From Fimicolochytrium jonesii (Eukaryota), in NCBI RefSeq assembly GCF_025526975.1, contig NW_026515671.1, forward strand, positions 1,364,001 through 1,428,000: a stretch of 64,000 nucleotides of DNA. Direction: 5' to 3'. Positions within the stretch are counted from its first letter, which is position 1, and each line of letters opens with the position of its first letter. Below the pieces are notes generated by a model. That model worked only from the letters and a program-made list of their open reading frames with translations, had not been told where the DNA came from and ran no database searches. Below are positions 1 through 13,578 of this stretch, piece after piece. Position numbers and translations under genes: made by a program.

Positions 1-3000
1 CAGTCAGTTAGTCCTCCCCGTTTCAAGATAAGCCCCTAACGTCCTCCCTCTTCCGCATTATCCATCGCACATACCTCATCAGAGGCGCTCTTCGGCGCAT
101 CCACATTCTGGAACACAGACAATTTCGCCTCATCCAGCTCCCTTTGCCCCAATTCCCTTGTCGCGTTCGCGGCCCACTGCACCGCTTTCTTATACGTGCT
201 GAGGGTGTTGTCCAGACCTGTGGGTGGGTCGCGGTACGAAAATAGAGACATGGTGCCTTCCAAGGGCGAGTAGGATGCACCACCGCCGTAGGCGCCGCCT
301 TTTTCGCGGATCTCGCGGTGGAGGAAGTTGTGGGTCATTAAGGAGGAGAGGAGCTGAGCGAAGGAAGTTTAAATAGGATGTAAGCGGCTAAGTGCAAAGT
401 GTTCCGGAAGTCCTGGAAGTTCCACCGGGCATTACCTGGAGCGCTGGTCCATCGGCGTGCGTATACGGCACGCCCAGATAAGACTTTGCAGTGAAATTCA
501 CCGCGATGGGGAGTGCGAAGAACTGCTTGCCGAACGTCGGCGCCGACTCCTTTCCAGGCTGTGCTTGTGGCGCCACTCCATTCGTCCACTTGAGCCCCTC
601 CAAAAGCCCACCCATCTTCTCCGCATGCACATTACACGTCTCCGGTACAGCATTCACCGCCGCCCTGGTCGCCGCCTCACTCCTCAAAACGGCCTCGGAA
701 ATCTCCTTCAGGGTCGTTGAGATCTGTTCCACGTCAGCGACCCCATTCCGCGCAAGCCCGCCAAGGAACCCGACCTGGGTCAGACCAGACAAGGTCTCCA
801 GCAGTGCGCCGGACTTTGTCAGTCCCGCCGCGGCGGCTTTCATGGCGTAACGATGGCCGCTCTGCACGATTCCCTGGTTGGCGTCGCTGGCGCTGGTGAG
901 GACGACGGTCTGCAGGCGTTCGAGTTCCTGCCAGGAGGCGGCGGCGATAATCTCGTGGAGGAGGTCGTACATGTTGCCGATGTTCTTGTCGAGACAGTTG
1001 GACGACCAGAGAAGGGCGGCGTTGAGTTCGGTAAGACACTGTGGTGTGGACGATGCGAGGATATCCGCACCGATTCCGCCTGTGTATTTGCGGACCGCTT
1101 CATCTAGGACGGGAAGTGATCGCTTGGCGGTCCCGAGTGCAGCGAGAGCCTAAAAAGTACTAGGTCAGCAGCAAGTTTCGGAAACGAGGATAGATGTTGA
1201 AGGAAAGCCCTCACATTGGTGTACAGTGGTAGGTATTTCACCAACTCAGGTGGCATGGTGCTCACGTCCTTCTTTAGAGATACGTACGACACGCCATTGG
1301 TAGCCGTTTTTCGCCATTGTACGGGAGTTCCGGCAAGCACAGTGTTCTCTGTTGGGTACGATTTTCCGTGTTTAGCGATGTCGTTGACGGTCAAGGTCGG
1401 CAGGCAAGAGATATCTTGCTTCCCCTCTTGGCTCTCCGCCAGCTTGAGACCCTCCTCATAGATCCGCTTCTTCTCAGTTTCTGACAAAGCCGCAATCTTC
1501 TCATTCAATCGCTCCTTTTCGTTCAGGTTCAGCGCGTCATTGTATTTCTCATCCGGCTCCATGACGAATGTCAATCGGTGCTTGTTGTTGAGAAAGTATT
1601 TCTCGATTCGTGATTCAAAGAAGCCCGGCTTCACAATCTCCTCCCGCAGCCGCGCGATATGCTCGGTCACCTGCAGGAACTCTAATGGGTCGCCGCCATG
1701 TACCCAATGGCTCACAACCTGCTGACCGAGCATCATACCAAAATTGGCTTTGCGGTGTTTTAGACCGAGCTCGGTTTGATGAATGACCGTTTCGATGCGC
1801 TCCGGGTCGAAACCTGTTTGTGCGGCCGTACGAAGCACATCCATGATCTTGTTTTCGACAGTTGCTTCGTCCTCCTTTTTGATGCCCTGCACACCAAATG
1901 ACACGTTCGTGATGCGAGTGTGCGAGTTGTAACCTGTTGTGACAGCAAAGTCTGTTCCGATTTTCGATTCGATGAGCGCTTCGTACATGGGGGCGGCGGC
2001 GCCATCAAGCAACAGCGACGTCAACACGCGAACGGCGAACGACTCGAATACGTCGACGTCTTTGTTTGTCAGGAAAGACACGGCGATCTTTGTCTGCTTC
2101 CCAGGCTCACCGACGGGGTCGGGGGGGCATGTCAATCGGATGCTCTTGGGTCCATTCAGGAGCGGTACGTCTGCGGGAGGCTCAAGATCCAACGGAGCGA
2201 ACTTGCTGATCCGCTCATCAATAGCCTTCAGATGTTCGTGAAGCGGGAAGCTTCCGTAGGTGAAGAACCGAGCGTTACTCGGATGATAGTGATTGGCATG
2301 GAACGCAAGTAATTGCTCGTGAGTCAGGTTCGTAATGGAATCCGGGTCTCCGCCACTGTTGTAACCGTAGGTACTGTTGGGATACAGGTGTTGTTGCGAC
2401 CGAGTGTGGAAAAGGTTGCCCAGATCAGATAATGCACCCTTCATCTCGTTGTATACGACTCCTTTGAAAATCAGAGGACTCTGCGGGTTCTTCGGATCCT
2501 CATGCTCCAACCGCCATCCTTCCTGTTTGAAGTCGAGGTAGCGTAGTTGAGGCTCAAAGGTAGAGTCCATGTACACATCCATCAAATTCTTGAAGTCGAT
2601 GGGATTTTCCGTCGAGAAGGGATACTATGTACCAATGTGAGTGAGCTAGCCGCCTGCGGCGCCATTGCGAATACATTGAACCCACCATCGTATAGTCATT
2701 ACCAGTCATGGCGTTCATAAAGGTCGCCATACTCCTATTCAACATCTTGAAGAACGGGTCCCTCACAGGATACCGTTTACTCCCACATAATGTAACGTGC
2801 TCCAGGATATGCGGCACTCCGGTGGAATCCGTAACAGGGGTATGAAACGCTACGTTGAAAACATTATTCGTATCCTGCTTCGCAACGTGCAGGTAGTCTG
2901 CCCCCGTCTTGTCGTGCTTCAGTTGAATAGCCGATAGGTCAAACTCCGGAACCCTTTGAACTCGCTGGACGATGAAACCGTGTAGTGTTTGACCTGGCTT

Positions 3001-3105
3001 GTAGTCGAAGCCGTTTGCTAAAGTTGCCAGACCAACCCTGCCCAGGGCTGGGCGAGCGGCTCGGATGGCCCCTGCAACACGCAGCAAGGAGAGTTGTCCA
3101 GCCAT
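1..3105 (-). CDS. CYM1: Mitochondrial presequence protease (pitrilysin/M16C metallopeptidase), multi-exon; last exon lies beyond the left window edge
   Basis: Arg-rich N-terminal presequence; inverted zinc motif HILEH in '[33 protein letters not shown]'; '[12 protein letters not shown]...[11 protein letters not shown]'; C-terminal '[16 protein letters not shown]...FSYRDP'. Exons joined by GT-AG introns, with a further donor near position 73. Confidence 0.95.
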
Positions 3106-3536
3106 TGCGTTGCTCCACTATCCGCGTCGTTTGGCTGAGTCGGACAGATCGTGGCAAGACTTGGCTAATATATCTCAGCGAGACAGGAGGCAAGCCTTTT
3201 TCTATAAGCGTCTATATATTCTATATATGTTTTAGTAGTGCTCTGCTCCGGTGCGTGCAATTCCCAGCCTGGTGCTGCAATTCCTCCAGGCAGTTCCGAA
3301 CGCTTCAACTTCCAAGCTCGACAGGGAACGCGTGCCGTCGTCAGGGTTCGTCAGGGCATATTCCTCTGATTTCCCACATACTGTACTCGAACCCAAGTTG
3401 CAGCGGGGAGAAATACAGAACCATCCGTAATATTGTCGGTAGCATTCGAAAACCTGGGCGCTTAGCCAGTAAAACCTTCCAAATATATACAATGAAACCG
3501 CACTTGTGGGAAGACGTGAATCTTCCATGTAGCGCA

Positions 3537-4092
3537 TCATACGATGATCGTCTGTAGAGTCTGCAGGAGCGACTGTGCAGAGAGCACTTCCTCCGAAGTC
3601 GCAGCTTCATGATCTACCGCACCCTGTGGAGAGATTGGACAGTAAGCAACCAATTACGGCTGGAGACAGGACACCTCCTTCCTTTACAAGGTATTTGTCC
3701 AAAAGTTCTTGTAACTCCTCCTGCGCTCTCGCCAGCCTCTTCTTCCCATCGAGCATCATCACGTGCGTCTCTTCCAACACTTCCTTCTGCTTTCGAATAT
3801 CATGCTCGTCCGCTCCGTCCGCGATAAGTTTGTCAATTCGCTTTTTGTTGTTTTATCGCTTCTTCATCATAGTAGCTGAGGTCTTTGCTTATCCTGCATT
3901 CAATGGCGCCGTGTTAGGGATTTCTGGAGGCTTATATGATCGCCGCCGAGCCTATCCAATACCTGCGAACGACCCCTGTCTGGACCTTGATCTTCTTCAG
4001 GAGCTCTGCTGGTGGCTTTAAACCTAACGGCTTAGATTTGACGGAGATCGGTACGGTAGGAGCGCATCCCTCACCTTAGTGTTGGTCAGCAT
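3537..4092 (-). CDS. TBCA: Tubulin-specific chaperone A (cofactor A / Rbl2), 4 exons, with an apparent +1 frameshift at about 3842-3846
   Basis: Manual splicing gives 'KIKVQTGVVRRISKDLSYYDEEAIKQQ/KRIDKLIADGADEHDIRKQKEVLEETHVMMLDGKKRLARAQEELQELL', matching the TBCA pattern. Not in the ORF track because the exons are short. Confidence 0.85.
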
Positions 4093-4317
4093 GGTAGTAG
4101 CTGCATACGTCAAGGGCCTCGGTGATGGAATGGAGCTGAGATGTGAAAAGTTCCGATGTCGCTGGATCGAAATGAATCGTGGTCTCGAGTTCGAAAAAGT
4201 CCGAAAGAAGTTGGTCCGCGTTAATCTGTTAATTGCGCTTGCAAAGTCCAGCTTTGAGTCCAGCTGCTGCTTGAGAACTCTAACCTTGCAACATTCCAAA
4301 GCCCGCGCTATCGCAAA

Positions 4318-5423
4318 ATGTCCGCCGCACCTCACCACTCCCTTCTAGACCTCGTGCGGAGGGCGAACGGTTTCTCGCTCGCCACGGAAGAGGATATCAT
4401 TTACCCTACTCGGGCCGAACGCGTAGGCTGGTCGCTCCAAGCCACGGACAATGTCATCATAGGGTACATTCAACCGGAGGTCCGGCGGCACCTTTCTGCT
4501 CACCCAGAGGTTTTCGAGGTCCAGGAACACTGCGTACGCATTCACTCTTCCCTGACGACAGCCGACGCGAGAACCGAAGCGGTCGAACGTGTCCTTCTTG
4601 AATTCAGAAACGAGAGCAGCAGAGATCACCCTCTCTTTGGATGTCTACATGGATGGCGAAACGAGCGCTATGACGTACATAATGGGAAAGGCGTCTACAT
4701 GAGAGTCGAGCGAGCTGCCGCTGGATTGCTTGGAGTCCGCTCATATGGATGTCATTTGAACGGTTATGTCCGTGACCCAGCTACTGGTGCGATCAAAATG
4801 TGGATAGCGAGGCGAAGCGCGACGAAACAGACATATCCGAACATGTTGGACAACCTGGTTGGTATGTAAACACGGTTTTGGACATACTTCTAGATAAGAA
4901 ATGGCTTGCTAACCCATTCGGGGATAAGGTGGCGGGCTAGCAGCTGGAGTTCATCCATACAAGAACATCATCAAAGAGTGCCATGAGGAGGCCGGATTGG
5001 ATCCAGCGACTGTGAAAGCAGGATTGAGGAGCGTGGGAGCTATCTCTTTCTTCTTGGACGACGCCAAAAGAGGATGGGTGCCCGACACAGAGTATGTCTA
5101 CGATATGGAATTGTCTACCCACTTTGCCCCCAGGGCAGTCGATGGCGAAGTACAGGCATTCTATCTCATGGATCTCGACACGGTAAGACCGTAGCAATAG
5201 ATGGTCAGCGCAAGGTAGGGCCCAGTTCATCATTTGCTCCCACCTTCCACAGGTTCAAGCCCACTTGCATCGTGGAGAGTTCATGCCCGAGTCAGGCCTG
5301 GTCATTATCGAGTTTCTGATTCGATTCGGCGTCATTACAGCTTCCAATGAACCAGACTATGTGGAAATCATCATGGGAATGCATAGGAAGTTGCGGGCCC
5401 CTGGGCCCCGCTTCACGGCGTAG
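4318..5423 (+). CDS. Nudix hydrolase, YJR142W / thiamine-pyrophosphokinase-associated type, 3 exons
   Basis: 'GWRNERYDV', 'VERAAAGLLGVRSYGCHLNGY', 'MWIARRSATKQTYPNMLDNLV', Nudix box '...IIKECHEEAGL', 'YVYDMELS...PRAVDGEVQAFYLM'. Introns at about 4862-4928 and 5182-5252. Confidence 0.9.
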
Positions 5424-5899
5424 AGTTAAGTAGATTAGAGTAGGGCATATGGGGACGGGACCTCTGGTAGATACTTCGAGTAAGATTAGCCGGGACAAAC
5501 GAAAATGCGACGATTAACTCATATGCGCCGAGGTCGGCAACCTTCAGTCAGGGGTCTCTTTCGGCTGCACATACTGTACCTTGACTCCTGTCTACAGAAC
5601 GGGCTGCCGAAGTATGTCATCAAAGCCTTTCCCCTATTCGCCGAAGGGAAAGACTCCGAAGGATGATGCCTTCGACTGGCCGAGGCATAGCTTCCCGAAG
5701 CAGCGAACAACGTGCAGGACGAGAAGTGGCGACCGGCGGGGATTCGCGTTTGGATTGGCGCAGATATGTCGGCAGTTCACACCTTCTCGCATCAGCAGCG
5801 CCTCCTCCGCACGAAGTACCATCATAAATTGCGCCAAGGAGTTGATTGGACGCCCATGAGTCGGCAGAACGTAGTGTCATATGTCAGTTCAGTCGCGTC

Positions 5900-5957
5900 T
5901 CAGTTGACGGAAATTCAGCGACGGAAATTCAGTTGTCGGAAATTTCAGTTGACGGAA
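5900..5957. repeat. Short tandem array, 4 copies of about 15 bp (TCAGTTGACGGAAAT)
   Basis: Units read directly: tcagttgacggaaat / tcagcgacggaaat / tcagttgtcggaaatt / tcagttgacggaa. Confidence 0.85.
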
Positions 5958-6099
5958 GGGGCAGCCGCCGATAGTAGAGCCTTCGAAACCTTCACCATCT
6001 CAAAGCATTTCACAGGCATCTCAACATGTTGCCCTCCCGAACTCCGAAAAAGCGCAATAAGAAAGCCACAGTCCTTCTGCCACTCAGTCAACTAGAAAT

Positions 6100-7794
6100 T
6101 GCGGATCTTCCCTTGAAGGCGTCCAATCCAGGGTTTCCTACGATGGTATACGTTAAGGTCCCATTCAAGGAGATACTCAGGCCTGGCTCAATCGATGATG
6201 GTTTCCCACGTAGCCTGACATCTCTTGCAAATTGCGTCGTAAGGTAAGTTATTTGGACAGGCGCTTTCCGCGATTCTCCTGCAGATCCCCGGAAACTCTA
6301 AGCACGTCCATGGGAGGAACCAAGGATTGACGGTTTCAGCGAGGCGATCAGGTTTGGCGCCTAGAGCAGGGAGGACAGCTGTCATGATAGCCCGGAAGGT
6401 TGGCTCATGAATGGCATTCCGAACCTGTTGGTTGCGCAGAGGAAACGATACACATGAGAAATTTGCGGTGGAAATTGAAGGGGAAGCCAGCTTACCTGTG
6501 GGGTGAGCCGAATGGGCAGAACCTCGGGCACATAACTCATTGCACCACGAGACATGTACAAATCGAAGTTGATTGCAATCACAAACCCCTCCGGAGTGAC
6601 CATCCAGTTGTTTGCATGCCGATCACCGATTCCAAGCACCCACAAGCATACAGACATTGTCGCATAGCTTTTGGTGAAACTGCTGAGACCCAATGGTGCA
6701 CATCAAGTGGCAGTGAAGTATCTGCTGCTATGTTCTGCAGCCATAAGCGCAAGTCGTAGGGGTACACTTGAATCTCCATGGCGGTCCAGAATGCCCTGTT
6801 CTGCCATCTGGTCTGCGAGTACATCATGTGTTGGTGCTCAAAGTTGTTCCCAGCTCCTAGGGACGCTAGGTGGCCCGCATGGTAATTGTTTGCATTTCAA
6901 TACTGCCGCAGGAAGGTTGCCTGCCAGCTTCACGGCATGCCTCCATAAATGTGACGGCGTTCACCCTTTTGACAAGCCCCGCATGCGTTGACATCGGAAG
7001 TTCGGCTGGTGTGGAAAACCAGGTCATATCGAGCCCATCCTGGGTCATGGTCAACAATTGTCTGCATGATGTGCAAAGCATCCGTTGCGCGGTGGAGAAC
7101 TCACCTTTGAACAAAAATGAGGCTCCTGGTCATCCATTCCAATGAAAGGGATCTTCTTCGGCTGGCGCAGCGAAGGAATGATGGTCATCTCAGGGTTCAC
7201 CGACTTCAGGAACACCCGCGGATTTGTCGCCGGAATGATAATCCGTTGTCTCGAAGGGACTTACCGTCCGTCGTACTCGGCCAGCCCAGAAGATGTCCAC
7301 CTGTTTTGATTGCGTGAGATGTGCGCAGACTCAGCTGTTAGCATATCAGCGAGCCATTCTCCTGTCCGTAACCATGCCCAATGCTTTGTTGCCGGACATA
7401 GTCAAACCGACAGGGTCCGATACATCACCCAGTGCATCGAACCCACCCTCCGAAGAAATTACCTTCTTGGCGACGACAGCTCGAGTTGCTCATGTTGGCG
7501 GCCGCTTATTGAGAACGTAGGTCCCCATGTCGCCCAGCGACAGATTCAGCTGCAGGCATAAGCGACAAAGCCCACGCTTTTGGCCAACTTGGGGTACAGA
7601 AAGCATAAGCAGAGAGGACGGGTTGGCGGCGGCTCGCGTTTTTCCGCTCGTCGTCCAAACGGTGCTTGGCCCAAGTTGTCCTCTTGAGCAGCCTCTGCCT
7701 TCTGATCTCGCATGGACTCCCTCTCTGCCCCCACCCAGGTGCGAAGCTGAATAATGAGTTGACTGGACAAAGAGGCTGCCGTTGTTGATGTCAC
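6100..7794 (-). pseudogene. Degenerate DNA-PKcs-like (PIKK family) kinase-domain gene relic
   Basis: Ordered fragments in different frames: 'LAEYDG', 'SVNPEMTIIPSLRQPKKIPFIGMDDQE..LFKG', 'PMSTHAGLVKRVNAVTF', 'SFTKSYATMSVCLWVLGIGDRHANNWMVTPEGFVIAINFD...VPEVLPIRLTPQ', plus a possible FATC-like tail 'ETIID*ARPEYL...KPWI'. Frameshifts lie between the fragments. Boundaries are approximate. Confidence 0.75.
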
Positions 7795-8246
7795 GAAAGT
7801 GGGGTTAGGGTTCCAGCGCGTAAAAAGAGGGCTGCAAATCTGGGCAAGCCGTGTGTGTGACGCTGATGTGACAAATGCCTCCGTCTCCCAGTTCTCAAAG
7901 CTTCCATCGACGGCCAGCGGTGGACAATCCGTCTTCCGAGGGCCGCTTTGTTCAGTGCGATCCGCTAGTTCGCTACTACCATGCGGTTATGAGATGGTTT
8001 AGCGAGGGCGGCTGCAGCCACGGGCCCGGAATCGGATTTGTGCCTCCGTGATGGTTTTTGATGTACGCTCAAGACGCTCATACTCATGTGCCGCGTGAGA
8101 GGTGTGAGGCCCAAGGAGTATAAAAGCCTGGAGAGACCACCAGCTCCCCCTTTCCGTTTGTTCACTTTTGGAACACCCTCATACACTTCCAAGACATCAA
8201 TACCCTCATCCGCATTTACGCATAATCCCTTCAATCAATCACAAAC

Positions 8247-9519
<1,273 letters not shown>

Positions 9520-10119
9520 ATTGCGGGAAGAAGCAAGCTGTAGGGAGAGCGTAGGCGTAGTGGACCTCAATTGTATATATGGATCTTGGGTGTGATTTAC
9601 AATACACTGCACGTTTATCTGAGGAACTTGGATTCCGCTCGATGCGCTGCTGATTGCTTCTTTGCGGTAGTCAATAGGAGTCTCTTAGTAAGGCCTTCCT
9701 TTGGCAATCACATCCGCGACGGCCAGGGGGCAAGATTTCTCTTACAATGATGCGGCCGTGTCTGAGCATAACTCCTCGCCCAGTCCCAAAGGTTATCGAC
9801 GATATGCCACCGGACTTGCAGAATATCGGAGGATGGCTGGTCTGAACGGGAGTATCGTTTACGATATGTATAGGCTGGAAGAGGTGCGATGAGTCCGCCT
9901 AGATGCCTCACCTCCTGGTAGGCGACATCGAAGCCAATTTCCAAACATTCAAAAAAAAGAAAACAACCCCGCATGCAGCTCCGCAACGATCCTCGTAAAG
10001 AAAATATATTTCAAAGAAAATCGATAGCTGGCCCGTCATCTCTAACTAGTGGGAGCCTCCCGTTGTTTGTACCAAAGTACGTCGCCAGCCATCTCTACTG
10101 CTTACTGGTTGCAAGTCTC

Positions 10120-11493
10120 CTAATGCTTGAACCAAAGTACGTCGCCTTCATCCTCTACAAATCTACATGTGTTCCTAGAATTCCACAGCGCCTTCCAGAT
10201 CGGCGTCGTATCCTTGAGATAGTATTTGCCAAGCGCCTTCTGCAATGCCGCGGTCGCCTCTTGTGCGTGGTAGTGCGGCATAGTGCTGAAGATGTGGTGG
10301 GCAACGTGTGTGTCGCCAATATGGTGGAAGAAGTGGTTGAGGATGCCGTAGTCGCGGTCTACGGTGGAGATGGCGCCGAGGAGGAAGTTCCATTCGTTCT
10401 CTGTGTAGTGGGGGACTTTGGGGTCGGTGTGTTGGAGATATGTGATGAGCACTAGAAGTGTGTGATTGACAGTTAGTTTGTGCGTTCCCGAATCCAAGTA
10501 TCAACCTGAACGCAGATACATACCTAACCACGCATTCACGTTGAAGTATGGAATCACGTAGAAGAAAATCACAGCACTGGAGCCAAAGATCTGGCCAGCC
10601 AACACCAAAAGCCCAACCATCACCGCCAAGCCGATGTCGGACAGCACCACCGAGAACCACTGCTTAGGCTCGAAAATGGGAGCATCGGGACGGAAGTGCG
10701 ACGTCCACTGGTTGAAACGTTGACCAGTGACGTTCTTGAGCAAATACAGCGGCCAGCCCAAGGTGAGCATGGCAACAATGTTAAGGAACTCCACAACAGG
10801 GGCCTCCTTCCACACGGCCTCATCGTGGTGGTCGTCGATAGGTCGCTGACGGGGTCCAAGCTTCTCAACGAACTCGGAACGCTTGTTGGGCACAAACACC
10901 TGGTCCTTTGTCATGTGGGCATTAGCCTTGTGGTGCTTGGAATGCGAGAACTTCCAAGAGTAGTAGGGCACCAAGAGGAAAGAGTGGAGAACGTAGCCGA
11001 CGGAGTTGTTGATCCATGCTTTGTCTGAGAAAGCTTGGTGACCGCACTCGTGGGCGATCACCCACAAGCCGGTGCAGACAACACCCTGTGCTATCCAGTA
11101 AGCGGGCCAAGCAAAGTACCGGGCGGCTTCGGGGAGCAAATGAATTTTCGTGGCGAGGAACCCGAGAACGAGCGCCTATACGAAGCAGGAACACGATAAG
11201 TTCGCAATTGCCACGGAAAGCTAGAAAGATGGTCGGAACATAAGCCTTACCATTGCGACGTCAGCGTAGACATAGCGGAAAGAGCGGGCAGTATCCCGCT
11301 TGAAGCAGTGTGCCGGCACATGCGCACGGATATCATTGAGAGTGAAGTTGGGCTTCACCCATTGGTCCGCGTACTTGGCCGATTCCACGACATTACCCTT
11401 GCTGACCTTCGACTGAGCCGACGCGTCCGCAGCACCCTCTGCTCCAACGCGCTGCCGTAACGAGGAGCCTTCGGAAATGACTTGCGCTGGCAT
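10120..11493 (-). CDS. FAD2: Delta-12 (omega-6) fatty acid desaturase, 3 exons
   Basis: Three His boxes HECGH, HSKHH and HVAHH; '[21 protein letters not shown]'; 'ITYLQHTDP'; C-terminal '[15 protein letters not shown]'. Confidence 0.93.
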
Positions 11494-12794
11494 CCTTCTC
11501 TCAATGTTGGCGTAATGAGACTGTGCTTTGAAAGAGCGGAAAGTCCCACGAGCTGAGCTGGGACTTAAGAGGAGAGGGTTGAACGTCCGGCGCGAATAAA
11601 TAACCAGCAGCTCGCTTAAGTGGAAGAACCGGTGAAATCCCCAAAGGCCGCTGGGTTATGAATGCAATGCACAGCAGGCCGGCCGATATCAGCCGATGAT
11701 CCAAGGCCCATTCAAGCTATTTCCACTGTTGGACAAAAACAGCCCTGTCCCATGCACAGCAACCCAAAAGAAGCGAAAAATGCACGTCCATTTTTGGTAT
11801 TATCGTGGTCTGGAGGGCTGGATCTGGATGAACGGGAAAATGCCTGTCGGGCGCGCTCGCTCGAATATTTGAAACGCGTTCCGAGGACTTCCCAACCCAG
11901 GTTTTAGGGTCCCAGTTTCCAAACGGCACGTGTCAAAAGCTATATTAGTCTAACCTTGCTCACTTCCTTCGCCACACAAGCCACAGCAAATGGCTTGGAA
12001 CTCGCCAGAAGTTGGAAGGCTACTGGCAGTGCCATGTGGCAATGCTTTTCGAACGCAGAGCGAGCTACGATACGAAGAAGCTGCAGGGACCAAAACGACA
12101 CAGCTCAATTTTCCACCAACGATGACTACTGTACATCTCTGCACAGGATGGGTTTTTGGATACCGCTCAATGGTATCAGACCAAATAGATATTGGATACC
12201 ATCGAACGGCGTTCTCAACTGCTGCTGGAGCACCTTACCCGTCTGCAGCTTGAGTGTTGAGAAAACGGCTGTTAAATACTGGCGAAATGGTCCTTTGGAG
12301 GAGTGGAGGCTGACAGTTTGCTTGCCGATGGAGGCATCGGGGATCATCTCTGGGATAGCCCGATGGAGTGCTCTAAAGCGCATTGCGACTGCCTTGAGCC
12401 ATCTGTTGCTGCCGCAACGTTCCGGATCCCGTGGCGGTTTTGGGAGCCAAAACAGTGAATCTGGCAACTAAGGCTTGTTTCACACCCATCATCGTGATGT
12501 TTGACCTTCAGCATGGAGATAAATGAGTGAGAATATGAGCTAAGCAGACTGTGAACGACGTACCACTTCATCACTGGATGTGGTGGGTTCTGCGATGCCA
12601 CGCAGGAATTCCTTTCGACAATTTTTTATTCCAGTCAGAGGTTCGCCCTCCTTGGGATAAGTGGCGGATTCGCCTACGAGGCCACTTCAGCTTCGCCCTT
12701 GTGCACAGCATTCCTCGGATTCTAGAGTCAAAAGGATGCCCGAAACACTCCCTAGCGCGCAGTTTTAGTTTATCAATGTGCGTCGACAGTTGTA

Positions 12795-12799
<5 letters not shown>

Positions 12800-12845
<46 letters not shown>
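12800..12845. repeat. (CT)n microsatellite, about 23 units
   Basis: Perfect CT dinucleotide run. Confidence 0.98.
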
Positions 12846-12847
<2 letters not shown>

Positions 12848-13578
12848 GAGCGGAGGGAGCACTGGTGATCTTGCGAGATTCCAGTGGTGGGAGTCGAGAA
12901 CCCGGTGTGGGGGCAGGCACGCTGTGCAAATTACTTAGCTGCGTGAGCTCCTCTTGCCGGATCTCAATTCCGCTCAGCATTATCTTTTCCCCCTCGCGAT
13001 GCAGAATACCTTTCGCTCATCGTGGGGAAACCGTGTCGAAATCAGAACTGTTGCGGGCGTCCAAGTTGTGAGGAGTGGTTAAAATCACCTACCCTGACTC
13101 CGGAGCAGCTCTGCTTGTCTGCTTGTCCCTCTCCGACAATTGGAGAGTGGAATTCAATGCCCGTGATATCGAGCAATCTGCCGAAAAGATTGAGAAAGAA
13201 GAACGAGTGCTCGCGTGCAAGTCCCACGACTCATCAGCATTCCTGATGACATCAGCGCAGGCATGTTTATGCAACACTCGAACACGCGACTCCGCCAACC
13301 TGTTAACGGTTAGTAGGCACCCGCCCCAGGGTACTCAGCGAAGGTTATGCGTTCGCCCGGGCCTTGCCAACCTTATCTTTCCGCCAGAATTTTGAGAATT
13401 GAGTGTGCAGAAAAGTGACACCGTTCACAGGAGTCGAGCTACTCGGGTAGTAGACTAGTTGGTGACGACACTGCAAAGGGGATTTGCTGCTGGGCGCTAG
13501 ACTGCATGCGCCCCGACTTCTTCGTTTTGACGCAACTCCCAACCACGTTGAGATCATTACGACTTCCTCTTTCCAGCC

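Noticed and set aside
5900..5957. Possible CRISPR array
   Set aside because: There are no spacers, the units are too short, and the context is eukaryotic.
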